DNA of 64,000 nt from Aestuariivirga sp. (GTDB lineage Bacteria; Pseudomonadota; Alphaproteobacteria; Rhizobiales; Aestuariivirgaceae): assembly GCF_020252405.1 (NCBI RefSeq), contig NZ_JADCDA010000008.1, forward strand, positions 74,577-138,576, read 5' to 3'. The notes beneath the pieces are model-generated. The model was not told the origin of the DNA. It was given only the letters and a program-made list of their open reading frames with translations, and did not search any database. Below are positions 11,175-20,885 of this stretch, one piece after another. The translations under genes and the position numbers were made by a program. How positions within the stretch are numbered: the stretch's first letter is position 1; every line of letters starts with the position of its first letter.

Positions 11175-12213
11175 CGTAGAGCCTGACGGCGTTGACGACA
11201 GCCCCGACGACCGAGGGGTCCGTCCCGAGCCTGATCCCGTGGCCCAGATTGAAGATGTGCCGCTGACGGTCCAGACTGGTGCAGATCCGCCGGACTTCCC
11301 TTGTGACGACGTCCGGACCGGCCAAGAGGGCCACCGGATCGAGGTTTCCTTGAACGACGACGTCCTGTGGCAGGTCGGCCAGGTCAAATTCCGTCTCAAC
11401 ACCAATGGCGTTTGCCCCTGGAATGGCTGCCGCTTTGCGTTGTGCCATACCTACGCCTCGGGCAAAAACGATGATCGGCAGAGCCGGGAGTTGCGCTTTC
11501 ACCCCGGCCACGATGGCTGCCAGGGGTTTAATCACGAATTCTTCAAGCTCTGTGCCCACCAGGTCGCCCGCCCAGGAATCGAATATTTGGACCGCCTGCG
11601 CCCCTGCCTTGGCCTGAGCCAACAGATAATCGACTGACTCCCTGACCAGACGATCGATGAGCGCACAGAACCAGGGCTGTCGCTGGTAGGCCGCCACCTT
11701 GGCCATCACACGATCCGAGCTGCCGCCACCCACCATGTAGCTCGCTACAGTCCACGGCGCGCCGCAAAAGCCAATGAGTGCCTGATGCGGCGCCAGCTGC
11801 GACCGGGTCAAGCCCACCGTCCGGCACACCTGTTTGACTTCATAAGTGGCGGCCACCGGCCTCAGCCGGTCAAGGTCCTCCATGCTGCGCACGGTGCCAA
11901 GCACCGGGCCCTCGCCTTCGGCGAATTTCAGCGGCAGTCCCATAGCGTGTGGAACGACCAGAATGTCGGCAAACAGGATCGCGGCATCAAGGTCATACCT
12001 TCGCAAGGGCTGAACTGTGACTTCCGCTGCAAGTTCGGGATTGTAACAAAGATCCAGAAAAGAACCGGCCTTCTCGCGCACTGCACGGTATTCGGGCAGA
12101 TACCGCCCCGCCTGGCGCATAAACCACATAGGACGCCGCAGCGCCGACTTGCGGGTCAGAACGTCAAGTAATGCACTGCGGGGTGCCGCGGCGCCCTTCC
12201 CTGTCTCTATCAT
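11167..12213 (-). CDS. hemE: Uroporphyrinogen decarboxylase
   Basis: PMWFMRQAGRYLPEY, AAILFADIL, QIFDSWAG, IFNLGHGI; start set at ATG 12213. Confidence 0.96.
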   Translation of the reverse strand: MIETGKGAAAPRSALLDVLTRKSALRRPMWFMRQAGRYLPEYRAVREKAGSFLDLCYNPELAAEVTVQPLRRYDLDAAILFADILVVPHAMGLPLKFAEGEGPVLGTVRSMEDLDRLRPVAATYEVKQVCRTVGLTRSQLAPHQALIGFCGAPWTVASYMVGGGSSDRVMAKVAAYQRQPWFCALIDRLVRESVDYLLAQAKAGAQAVQIFDSWAGDLVGTELEEFVIKPLAAIVAGVKAQLPALPIIVFARGVGMAQRKAAAIPGANAIGVETEFDLADLPQDVVVQGNLDPVALLAGPDVVTREVRRICTSLDRQRHIFNLGHGIRLGTDPSVVGAVVNAVRLYDE

Positions 12214-12538
12214 TTTGACTCTTCTTGTATCTTTTGTTTGGTCCGCGGGAAACGGGATACAACCCAATCCAATGATCGTCCACAGGTCAAGTACATCCTT
12301 GGCGACACGGCCTGCGTCATGCCGCGTTAACGGAAAATAAACACGTGTTAACAGATCGTTAATGCACTAGAACCATATTGGCAGTGCCTTCGCCAGCCCC
12401 TGTTCGCCCGAATTGTTTTCCACATCGGCCATGGCGGTCCTTGCGCTTCGGCTTGTCTGTGGATGGCAACCGGGACAAGCTCTAGGAAGTCGGCGTCCCA
12501 CTGGCCGTTATCCAAGAAATTCACATTTCATCCACATC
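12214..12538. other. oriC: Chromosomal replication origin (oriC)
   Basis: Canonical alphaproteobacterial position between divergent hemE and DUF299 genes. DnaA-box matches TTTTCCACA (12416-12424) and TCATCCACA (12528-12536), weaker TCGTCCACA (12276-12284) and TGTGGATGG (12458-12466); T-rich tract and a GANTC site next to hemE; CtrA box. Confidence 0.88.
12347..12362 (-). promoter_or_regulatory. CtrA binding site in oriC
   Basis: Plus strand GTTAA-cagatcg-TTAA equals TTAA-N7-TTAAC on the minus strand (perfect); an imperfect TTAA-N7-TAAA lies adjacent at 12327-12341. Confidence 0.82.
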
Positions 12539-13375
12539 ATGATGCAGGACGGTACACAGCGTTACTTCCACCTCCATCTCGTGTCCGATGCCACGGGCGA
12601 GACACTGAACACAGTGGCCAAGGCAGCGGTCGCGCAGTATTCCAACTTCCGGCCCATTGCCCACATCTACGCGCTGGTGCGCACCCCGTCGCAGCTAAAC
12701 CGCGCCCTTCGCGAGATCGAGGAGCAACCGGGAATCGTGCTGTTCACCCTTGTCAACCCTGATATGCGCCGCCACCTCGAAGAGCAGTGTGGAACGATGG
12801 GCGTTCCCTGCCTGTCCATCCTCGACCCCATCATCGCTATCCTATCGCAATATCTCAACGCCAGTTCACGTCCGCAGGTGGGTGGCCAGCATGCACTGAA
12901 CTCCGATTATTTCCGCCGGATCGATGCGCTCAACTTCACCATGGCGCATGACGACGGCCAGTCGGTCAACGATCTCGAGAAGGCGGATGTCGTCATCCTC
13001 GGCGTGAGCCGTACCTCCAAGACCCCGACGTCCATCTATCTCGCGCAACGCGGCATTCGCACGGCGAATATTCCCATCGTGCCCGGCATTCCGGTTCCGA
13101 AGAAGCTGATCGGCCTTCAGGGACCCCTCGTCGTCGGCCTTATCGCCAGCGCGGAGCGTATCGCCCAGATCAGGCGCCATCGGCTTCTGTCCTTGAAAGA
13201 AAGCCGCTCCACCGACTACATCGATCCCCGCCAAATCACCGATGAGCTGATGCTGATGAAGACACTGTGCTCCAAAAATGACTGGCCGATGATCGACGTT
13301 ACCCGCCGCTCAGTGGAAGAGACTGCGGCCACCATCCTCAATATGCAGTCCGAAACCAGACGCATCGACAAGTGA
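12539..13375 (+). CDS. Pyruvate phosphate dikinase/PEP synthase regulatory kinase-pyrophosphorylase (DUF299)
   Basis: HLVSDATGET, DYFRRIDALNF, GVSRTSKTP, DVTRRSVEETA. Confidence 0.94.
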   Translation: MMQDGTQRYFHLHLVSDATGETLNTVAKAAVAQYSNFRPIAHIYALVRTPSQLNRALREIEEQPGIVLFTLVNPDMRRHLEEQCGTMGVPCLSILDPIIAILSQYLNASSRPQVGGQHALNSDYFRRIDALNFTMAHDDGQSVNDLEKADVVILGVSRTSKTPTSIYLAQRGIRTANIPIVPGIPVPKKLIGLQGPLVVGLIASAERIAQIRRHRLLSLKESRSTDYIDPRQITDELMLMKTLCSKNDWPMIDVTRRSVEETAATILNMQSETRRIDK

Positions 13376-13376
13376 C

Positions 13377-13961
13377 ATGATCGTTCTTGCCTCCAGCAGT
13401 GCGACGCGCCAGGCGATGTTACGCAACGCCGGCCTCAACTTTGTGGCGCTGGCGCCCGCGCTCGATGAAAAGGCGCTCGCCGCTGCAAATCCACACTGGC
13501 TGCCACGCGAGACGGCCCTCAGGCTTGCCGAGGCGAAGGCGATCAACGTGTCGCTGCGCCACGCCGATGCCCAGGTGATCGGCGCTGACCAGGTCCTGGC
13601 GCTTGATAACAGGGTCTATGGCAAACCAAGCAATCGCGCCCACTGCCTTGCGCAGCTGCGTGCGCTTCGCGGGCGAACGCATGCATTGATCTCAGCCGTT
13701 GTGCTGGCGCGCGACGGCAAGGCGGTCTGGGCCCATACCGACGAGGCGCTGCTCACCATGCGCGACTACAGCGATGCGTTTCTCGAAGATTATCTTGAGG
13801 CGATCGGGGACGACTGCACCAAATCCGTGGGCGGATACAAGATCGAGGGGCGCGGCGTGCAGCTGTTCCGCTCAGTGTCGGGTGATCACTTCACCATCCT
13901 CGGCCTGCCTCTCGTGCCCCTGCTGCAGAAACTGCGCGAAGCGGGAGAGATCGCCGCGTGA
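13377..13961 (+). CDS. maf: Maf-family nucleoside triphosphate pyrophosphatase
   Basis: IVLASSSATR, IGADQVL, GKP, SVGGYKIEG, ILGLPL. Confidence 0.93.
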   Translation: MIVLASSSATRQAMLRNAGLNFVALAPALDEKALAAANPHWLPRETALRLAEAKAINVSLRHADAQVIGADQVLALDNRVYGKPSNRAHCLAQLRALRGRTHALISAVVLARDGKAVWAHTDEALLTMRDYSDAFLEDYLEAIGDDCTKSVGGYKIEGRGVQLFRSVSGDHFTILGLPLVPLLQKLREAGEIAA

Positions 13962-14797
13962 CCAAGGCCTGCGTCATCGGCTGGCCGATCAGCCACTCCC
14001 GCTCCCCCATCATCCATGGCTACTGGCTGAAGCAGCATGGCATCAACGGCAGCTACACGCGCCAGCCGGTCGAGCCATCTTCGCTCGCGGATTTCATTGG
14101 CTGCCTCGAGGGCGCCGGCTACGCCGGCTGCAATGTCACCATCCCGCACAAGGAAGCCGTCTTCGGTCTTGTCAGGCGCGCGGATGATTCAACGGAACGG
14201 CTTGGCGCCGTCAACACAGTCTATCTGCAGAACGGCAAGGTGCTGGGCACAAACACAGATGGCGAAGGCTTCATCAACAGCCTGAAGCAGGGCGCACCCG
14301 GGTTGGATCTCGCCAACTCGCGCGCCGTGGTGCTCGGCGCCGGCGGCGCCTCGCTCGCGGTGGTGAATGCCATCCTCGAACAAGGCGCTGCCGAGGTTGC
14401 CATCGCCAACCGTACACGCGGGAAGGCTGACCAGCTGCGCATGCGCTTCGGAACGCGCGTCCTGCCTATCGGCTGGGAGGAAGCCGCGGATCACCTCGCG
14501 GAGTGCAGTCTACTCGTCAATACAACTTCTTTGGGCATGAAGGGCCAACCGGACCTCGACCTCCGGCTGGCGAAGCTGCCGCAGAGGGCTGTCGTCGCGG
14601 ACATCGTCTATACGCCTCTTCGAACCCGCCTGCTTAACGAAGCTGCGGCGCGTGGCAACACGGTGGTGGAAGGATTGGGCATGCTTCTGCACCAGGCGGT
14701 GCGCGGTTTCTCGCTGTGGTTTGGGGTTACGCCGCAAGTGACGCGGGAACTCCGCGATCTGGTGGCGCGCGATATCGATCCCGATTTCCCGCGATGA
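13958..14797 (+). CDS. aroE: Shikimate dehydrogenase
   Basis: HSRSPIIH, NVTIPHK, NTDGEG, GAGGA, GMLLHQA. Confidence 0.96.
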   Translation: MTKACVIGWPISHSRSPIIHGYWLKQHGINGSYTRQPVEPSSLADFIGCLEGAGYAGCNVTIPHKEAVFGLVRRADDSTERLGAVNTVYLQNGKVLGTNTDGEGFINSLKQGAPGLDLANSRAVVLGAGGASLAVVNAILEQGAAEVAIANRTRGKADQLRMRFGTRVLPIGWEEAADHLAECSLLVNTTSLGMKGQPDLDLRLAKLPQRAVVADIVYTPLRTRLLNEAAARGNTVVEGLGMLLHQAVRGFSLWFGVTPQVTRELRDLVARDIDPDFPR

Positions 14798-15390
14798 TCG
14801 TTGCCGGACTCACAGGCTCGATCGCCATGGGCAAGAGCGAAACGGCAAGGATGTTTGCCGCCCGCGGTATCCCCGTGTTCGACAGCGATGCGGCGGTGCA
14901 TGCACTCTATGCGCCGGGTGGTGCGGCCGTTGAGCCGGTGCGCGGACTGGCGCCCGATGCTGTGGTCGAAGGCGCCGTCGACCGCCGCAAGCTCGCCACC
15001 CTGATACAGGCCGATCCTGCGCTGCTGAAGAAGATCGAAGACATTGTGCACCCGCTGGTTAAGGAACGGCAGGCGGCATTTCTCGCAAAGACTGCGCAAC
15101 AGGCCGATATTGCCGTGCTTGACATTCCCTTGCTGTTCGAAACCCGGCGCGAAACGGATGTGGATGTGGTGATCGTTGTCACCGCCAAGCCGGAGCTGCA
15201 GCGCAAACGCGCTCTTGCCCGCGCCGGGATGACGACCGAGAAGCTCGACTTTATTCTCTCGCGCCAATTGTCCGACGCCGAGAAGCGCGCGCGGGCGGAT
15301 TATGTGATAGACACCTCGGGGAGCCTTGCCGAGACGGGATTCGAGGTGGACCAGGTGATCGCATCGCTCAGGGCGAAAGGAAAGGCATAG
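14794..15390 (+). CDS. coaE: Dephospho-CoA kinase
   Basis: GLTGSIAMGKS, DIPLLFE, ILSRQ; ATGA overlap with aroE. Confidence 0.96.
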   Translation: MIVAGLTGSIAMGKSETARMFAARGIPVFDSDAAVHALYAPGGAAVEPVRGLAPDAVVEGAVDRRKLATLIQADPALLKKIEDIVHPLVKERQAAFLAKTAQQADIAVLDIPLLFETRRETDVDVVIVVTAKPELQRKRALARAGMTTEKLDFILSRQLSDAEKRARADYVIDTSGSLAETGFEVDQVIASLRAKGKA

Positions 15391-15392
15391 GC

Positions 15393-16091
15393 ATGGTGCG
15401 GGAAATCATCCTCGATACGGAAACCACCGGGCTCGATCCGGCCGCGGGTGACCGCATTGTCGAAATTGGCACGGTGGAACTTGTAAACCACCTGCCCACC
15501 GGCCGCACCTTCCATGTCTACATCAATCCCGAACGCGACATGCCGAAGGAGGCGGAGGCCGTCCACGGCCTGTCCAGCGCCTTCCTCAAGGACCAGCCCG
15601 TTTTCAGCGCCATCGTGCAGGACTTTCTCGAGTTCATCGGCAGCGACGTGCTGATCATCCACAATGCCAGCTTCGACATGGCTTTCATCAATGCCGAACT
15701 TGGATTTCTGCGGCGGCCTTCGATTCCGCCCGAACGCATCGTCGATACGCTGCACATGGCGCGGCAAAAGCATCCCGGTGCCGCCAACAGCCTTGATGCG
15801 CTGTGCCGGCGTTATTCCATCGACAACAGCAGGCGCACCAAGCATGGCGCACTGCTCGATTCCGAGCTTCTGGCGGAGGTCTATCTCGAGTTGATCGGTG
15901 GTCGGCAGACCGCGCTGATCCTCGATGCTTCCGTCACAAAAAAGTTGGCGGTCAGCGGTGTCCCCCAGGCCGCGCAGCAACGTCCTTTGCCTTTGCCCCC
16001 GCGACTGACGGATGAGGAGCGGCTTGCGCATGCCGACTTCGTGACAGGGCTTGGCGACAACGCCCTATGGAATCAGGGAAGCCCGAAGTAG
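15393..16091 (+). CDS. dnaQ: DNA polymerase III epsilon subunit
   Basis: Exo motifs LDTETTGL, HNASFD, HGALLDSELLA. Confidence 0.96.
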   Translation: MVREIILDTETTGLDPAAGDRIVEIGTVELVNHLPTGRTFHVYINPERDMPKEAEAVHGLSSAFLKDQPVFSAIVQDFLEFIGSDVLIIHNASFDMAFINAELGFLRRPSIPPERIVDTLHMARQKHPGAANSLDALCRRYSIDNSRRTKHGALLDSELLAEVYLELIGGRQTALILDASVTKKLAVSGVPQAAQQRPLPLPPRLTDEERLAHADFVTGLGDNALWNQGSPK

Positions 16092-16092
16092 C

Positions 16093-16611
16093 TCATGCCT
16101 CTCCCACCGTCTGCTGTTGCATGCGGCGCTGGTACATGGCGGCGAAATCGATCGGGTCCAGCATCAGAGGAGGGAAGCCGCCATTGCGCGTTGCCTCCGC
16201 CAGGATTTGGCGGGCAAAGGGGAAGAGTATCCGCGGACATTCGATGAGCACGGCCGGATGCAGCAACTGGTGCGGGAAATTCTCCAGCCGGAAGGTGCCT
16301 GCATAGACGAGTTCTGCCGCGAAGGCGACCTTATCGGCTGTGGTGGCCTTGGCATCGAGGTGAAGCTCGACTTCGAAATCATTGACAGCCAGCGGCCGCG
16401 CATTGACATTTACCGAAACCGCGATGTCAGGCTGTGCTTCCTGACTGAAGGCGTGCGGGGCGTTCGGGTTCTCAAAGCTCAGGTCCTTTAGATATTGACC
16501 GAGGATCCGCAGCGACGGCTGCTCCTGGGGAGTTTGGCCCGTGGTGCCGGCGCCAGCCGCTCCGTTCTGGGCGGCTTCAGGCGCAGCAGTGGACTTCGGG
16601 GTATCGGTCAT
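16093..16611 (-). CDS. secB: Protein-export chaperone SecB
   Basis: QYLKDLSFENPNAP, IECPRILFPFAR, GGFPPLMLDPIDF. Confidence 0.96.
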   Translation of the reverse strand: MTDTPKSTAAPEAAQNGAAGAGTTGQTPQEQPSLRILGQYLKDLSFENPNAPHAFSQEAQPDIAVSVNVNARPLAVNDFEVELHLDAKATTADKVAFAAELVYAGTFRLENFPHQLLHPAVLIECPRILFPFARQILAEATRNGGFPPLMLDPIDFAAMYQRRMQQQTVGEA

Positions 16612-16718
16612 CTTGGCCTCTTTCTGCATTTGGCCCTCGCTATCATGGGCTTTCAGGCCCTGCAAGCGGCAGAGGGTCCGGGGAGTTTCTGTCATAGAGT
16701 TTTGATTCGTCCTTTGGA

Positions 16719-16772
16719 CTTGGACCCCGAAGGTTGGACCTATATATAGGTGGCGGGGTCCGCCGCGTCATG
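16719..16772. promoter_or_regulatory. Overlapping divergent promoters sharing a palindromic -10 element
   Basis: CCTATATATAGG at 16739-16750; plus strand TTG-N17-CTATAT, minus strand CATGAC-N17-CTATAT. Confidence 0.5.
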
Positions 16773-16818
16773 CCTCCGCGGAAGATGCGACTCTGAAAGC
16801 CGCCAACTGGTTGATGGA

Positions 16819-17523
16819 ATGAGTTTTGATCCAATTAACATCCTTCTTCTTGCCGTAGCCCTCGTGGTTTTCTGGCGGCTCCGCTCCGTGCTCGGCACCC
16901 GCACCGGTACGGAAAAGCCGCCGTTCGACCTGTTTGGAAGCAAGCGTGGCGCCCAGGATACGAGTGGCGCCGTCACGCGACTTCCAGAGCCCACGCCCGT
17001 TCCAGCCAATGACACGGGCGACCGTGACCCGCCCCCACCGGTCTGGAAAGGCTTTGCCGACGAGGGTTCCCCGCTCGCCGCGGCGCTGGGCCGCATGGCG
17101 GAGAACGACAGCGGCTTTACGCCCAGGGCCTTCGTTGACGGAGCCAAGGTGGCTTACGAGATGATCATTGACGCCTTCGCCCGAGGTGACAAGGCGGCGC
17201 TCAAGAACCTCCTCTCGAAAGAGGTCTTCGATGGGTTTGCGCGCGCGATCGATGCCCGCGTCGGCCAGGGCCAGCGGGTGGATTCCCGTTTCGTCGGGAT
17301 CGACAAGGCCGTTATCCAGCAAGCAAGCCTGGCGGGGCGCAAGGCCTCCATCACAATGGAGTTCGTGAGCGAGCTCATCTCCGCCACCTATGACAAGGCC
17401 GGTGAGGTGATCGAGGGCGACCCGAAGGAGATCCGCATTGTCACGGATGTCTGGACCTTCGAGCGTGACCTTGGCTCGCGCGATCCCAACTGGAAGCTGG
17501 TGGCCACCGAGGCGCCGGCCTGA
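16819..17523 (+). CDS. Tim44/TimA-family membrane-anchored adaptor protein
   Basis: N-terminal TM segment then RLRSVLGTRTG; C-terminal DVWTFER..DPNWKLVAT. Confidence 0.9.
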   Translation: MSFDPINILLLAVALVVFWRLRSVLGTRTGTEKPPFDLFGSKRGAQDTSGAVTRLPEPTPVPANDTGDRDPPPPVWKGFADEGSPLAAALGRMAENDSGFTPRAFVDGAKVAYEMIIDAFARGDKAALKNLLSKEVFDGFARAIDARVGQGQRVDSRFVGIDKAVIQQASLAGRKASITMEFVSELISATYDKAGEVIEGDPKEIRIVTDVWTFERDLGSRDPNWKLVATEAPA

Positions 17524-17539
17524 CCATGTACGGCGCGGC

Positions 17540-18637
17540 ATGGACGGCACGCTCTCTCCGGTGGGTTTAAACGGGCTCGAAGGCTGGAGAGACCATGACC
17601 CCGAAGGTGCGCGGCAGGCCTTTCGCCGGTCCAGCCGGGAGATGCTGGAACAGGGCGCGGGATTTCGCCGGCCGGTGCGCTTCGGGGGCAGCCTCTCATC
17701 ATGGCGCAACGCCTGCGTGGCTGCGTTCGACGCAGGCGATGCGCGGAGCTTTTTCGAGCGCCTGTTCCGGGCCTATCGGGTGCATGACCCGGAAAGGCCG
17801 GAGGGCCTTTTCACCGGCTATTACGAGCCTGAAGTGGAGGGTAGCAGGACGCGCACGGAAACATTTCATGTGCCGGTCTATCGCCGCCCTCCCGATCTCG
17901 TGAGTTTTCACGATCGTGCCGCAGAAGAAACAGGGCTTGCCTATGGCCGGCTGGTGAGTGGCAAGGCGCAGCCGTATCTTTCCCGCCGCGAGATAGAGGC
18001 TGGCGCTCTGGCCGGGCAGGGGCTGGAGATCGTATGGCTCAGGGACTGGGCCGATGCCTTTTTCATCCACATCCAGGGCTCGGCCCGCGTGCACCTGGCG
18101 GAAGGGGGCACGCTGCGGCTCTCCTATGCGGCCAAATCCGGCCTTCCCTACACCGGCATCGGCACCATTCTGGTGCGGCAGGGCGTGCTGCCGGAAGATG
18201 CGATGTCCATGCAGGCCATCCGCCGCTGGATGGCAGCCCATCCGCGTGAGGCGCGCGAACTGATGTGGGAGAACAAGTCCTTCGTGTTCTTCCGCGACGC
18301 CGCACTCGAGGATCAGGCGCTGGGTGCGCTGGGCGCTCAGCACGTGCAGCTCACGCCGCGCCGCAGTCTCGCCGTTGACCGCGCGCTGTGGATGTTCGGC
18401 ATGCCTGTCTGGCTGGACACGCTGGCGCCGTCGGGCCAAGGCAACCGCATGACGCACATCCGCCAGCTTCTCGTGGCGCAGGACACCGGAAGCGCCATCA
18501 AGGGTCTTGCCCGGGGTGATGTCTTCTGGGGCTTCGGTGATGAGGCTGCTCACATTGCGGGGCCCATGAAGAGCGCGGGCCTGATGACCGTGTTGCTCCC
18601 CGTCGCGGTGGCCGGGGAGCTCGGTCTTCCGATATGA
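17540..18637 (+). CDS. mltA: Lytic murein transglycosylase MltA (3D domain)
   Basis: LFTGYYEP, FFIHIQGS, NKSFVFF, AQDTGSAIKG..RGDVFWG; start uncertain. Confidence 0.93.
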   Translation: MDGTLSPVGLNGLEGWRDHDPEGARQAFRRSSREMLEQGAGFRRPVRFGGSLSSWRNACVAAFDAGDARSFFERLFRAYRVHDPERPEGLFTGYYEPEVEGSRTRTETFHVPVYRRPPDLVSFHDRAAEETGLAYGRLVSGKAQPYLSRREIEAGALAGQGLEIVWLRDWADAFFIHIQGSARVHLAEGGTLRLSYAAKSGLPYTGIGTILVRQGVLPEDAMSMQAIRRWMAAHPREARELMWENKSFVFFRDAALEDQALGALGAQHVQLTPRRSLAVDRALWMFGMPVWLDTLAPSGQGNRMTHIRQLLVAQDTGSAIKGLARGDVFWGFGDEAAHIAGPMKSAGLMTVLLPVAVAGELGLPI

Positions 18638-19206
18638 GCCGCAAGCCGCCCGATTATGAGCTCTGGCTTGAGACCGCGAAAACCGTGAAGCCACTGCGCG
18701 CCCAGTCGCGCGCTCCCGCGCCGAAACCGGCGCCTCCGCTGCTCCATGCGAAGAAGTCGGCCAAAGGGCCGTCTGGGCCGCATATGCATGTCCTCTTGCC
18801 GCCACACCGGCCGCCGCCGCAGATCACTGGGCTCGACAGGCGGACAGCGCAGAAGCTCACGCGCGGCCAAGTCGAGATCGAGCGGCGTCTTGATCTTCAT
18901 GGTACGGGCATCGAATTGGCGCGTGTCCACCTTCTTGGCTTCCTGCGCGATGCGCAATCCATGGGGACCCGCAACGTGCTGGTCATCACCGGCAAGGGCG
19001 CCTCACCATTTTCGCGTCATACGCTGCATGGCGCGGGCCACTTTCATGCGCCCGAGCGCGCCGGCCGCCTGCGCCGGCTTGTCACGGAATGGTTCCACGA
19101 ACCGGAATTCAGGAGCCTTGTTGCAGGCTTTCAGCCCGCCCATCCAAAACACGGCGGCGGCGGCGCATATTACGTCCGTGTCCGGCGCATCCGGGAGGAG
19201 CGATGA
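18634..19206 (+). CDS. Smr/MutS2-domain protein
   Basis: RLDLHG, VLVITGKG, HGGGGAYYV. Confidence 0.92.
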   Translation: MSRKPPDYELWLETAKTVKPLRAQSRAPAPKPAPPLLHAKKSAKGPSGPHMHVLLPPHRPPPQITGLDRRTAQKLTRGQVEIERRLDLHGTGIELARVHLLGFLRDAQSMGTRNVLVITGKGASPFSRHTLHGAGHFHAPERAGRLRRLVTEWFHEPEFRSLVAGFQPAHPKHGGGGAYYVRVRRIREER

Positions 19207-19574
19207 CGCCCTTCGGCGACAGGATGAGGAAACTGAGAGCCGAGCGCGGCGTGACACTGAAGGAGATGGCGGAGGCCCTGGGTGTTTCACCCGCTTACCT
19301 CTCGGCGCTCGAGCACGGCAAGCGCGGCCGCCCGGGCTGGCACCTCATTCAGCGCATCCTTGCCTATTTCAACATCATCTGGGACGAGGCGGACGAGGTG
19401 GTGCGCCTCGCCCGCATCTCCCACCCGCGCATCACTATCGACACCTCGGGTCTGAATCCCAAGGCCACCGAGTTCGCCAACCGGCTGGCTGACGACATCG
19501 GCAAGCTCGATGCCGCCACGCTCGACGAACTGCTCGTCACGCTCAGCCGAAAGCGGCAGAAACCTAAAGGATGA
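19203..19574 (+). CDS. XRE-family HTH transcriptional regulator
   Basis: [25 protein letters not shown]; ATGA overlap with the Smr gene. Confidence 0.88.
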   Translation: MTPFGDRMRKLRAERGVTLKEMAEALGVSPAYLSALEHGKRGRPGWHLIQRILAYFNIIWDEADEVVRLARISHPRITIDTSGLNPKATEFANRLADDIGKLDAATLDELLVTLSRKRQKPKG

Positions 19575-20862
19575 ACTTCGACAGGTCGGCGTTCCGGGCA
19601 AGCGTGCCGACATGTTCCTCGACATAGGCGCTGTCAATGACCACCGTATCGCCGGACCGGTCGGGCGCCGCATAGCTCACCTCGTCGAGCAGCCGCTCCA
19701 TCACTGTCTGCAGGCGGCGCGCGCCGATGTTCTCGACCGCGGCATTGGTGTCGGCGGCAATCTGCGCGATGGCTCCGATGCCATCGCCGGTGAAGTCCAG
19801 CGTCACGCCCTCTGTCTTGAGCAGGGCGCGATACTGCCTGATGAGGCTCGCTTCGGGTTCGGTGAGAATGCGTTCAAGATCGCCGCGGTCAAGCGCCTTC
19901 AGTTCGACGCGGATGGGCAGGCGGCCCTGCAGCTCCGGCAGCAGATCGGAGGGTTTGGCGATGTGGAAAGCACCCGAGGCAATGAACAGGATGTGGTCCG
20001 TCTTCACCGGCCCATGCTTGGTTGACACGGTGGTGCCCTCGATCAGCGGCAGCAGATCGCGCTGCACACCCTCGCGGCTCACATCAGCACCCTGGCGCTC
20101 GGAGCGTGCGCAGATCTTGTCGATCTCGTCGAGAAAGACGATGCCGTTTTGTTCCACCTGCTCCACCGCTTCCCGCACGATCTGATCCTGGTCGAGCAGC
20201 TTGTCGGACTCCTCCGCGAGCAGGACCTCATGGCTTGCCTTCACCGACATGCGACGGGCCTTGGTGCGCCCGCCGAAGGCCTTCCCGATCATATCGGACA
20301 AATTCACCACACTGGCGGACCCCGGCATTCCGGGAATCTCGAAACTCGCAGTACCGGTATCGGCAACCTGGATTTCGATCTCCTTGTCGTCAAGCTCGCC
20401 CGACCGCAGCTTGCGGCGAAAGGCCTCGCGCGTCGTCTCAGAGGCATTGGCCCCAACCAGCGCTTCGATCACGCGCCGCTCGGCATTGAGCTGCGCCTGG
20501 GCTTCGACATCCTTGCGCCGTGTTGTCCTGGTCATGGCGATGCCGGATTCGAGCAGGTCGCGCACGATCTGGTCCACGTCGCGCCCGACATAGCCCACTT
20601 CGGTGAATTTGGTGGCCTCGACTTTCAGGAACGGCGCATTCGCAAGCCTGGCGAGGCGGCGGGCTATCTCGGTTTTGCCGACGCCGGTCGGCCCGATCAT
20701 CAGGATGTTCTTCGGCATCACCTCGTCGCGCAAAGGGCTCTCCAGCTGTTTCCGCCGCCAGCGGTTGCGCAGCGCAATTGCCACCGCGCGCTTGGCCTCG
20801 GTTTGGCCAACGATGTGGCGGTCAAGTTCGGAAACGATCTCGCGCGGGGAAAAATCGGTCAT
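19564..20862 (-). CDS. hslU: ATP-dependent protease ATPase subunit HslU
   Basis: [41 protein letters not shown]. Confidence 0.97.
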   Translation of the reverse strand: MTDFSPREIVSELDRHIVGQTEAKRAVAIALRNRWRRKQLESPLRDEVMPKNILMIGPTGVGKTEIARRLARLANAPFLKVEATKFTEVGYVGRDVDQIVRDLLESGIAMTRTTRRKDVEAQAQLNAERRVIEALVGANASETTREAFRRKLRSGELDDKEIEIQVADTGTASFEIPGMPGSASVVNLSDMIGKAFGGRTKARRMSVKASHEVLLAEESDKLLDQDQIVREAVEQVEQNGIVFLDEIDKICARSERQGADVSREGVQRDLLPLIEGTTVSTKHGPVKTDHILFIASGAFHIAKPSDLLPELQGRLPIRVELKALDRGDLERILTEPEASLIRQYRALLKTEGVTLDFTGDGIGAIAQIAADTNAAVENIGARRLQTVMERLLDEVSYAAPDRSGDTVVIDSAYVEEHVGTLARNADLSKFIL

Positions 20863-20885
20863 CGCAAATTCCACTCAGAATCCAC

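Noticed and set aside
12340-12349. Palindrome AACACGTGTT as a third parS
   Set aside because: Only the CACGTG core matches; the flanks contradict TTTCACGTGAAA.
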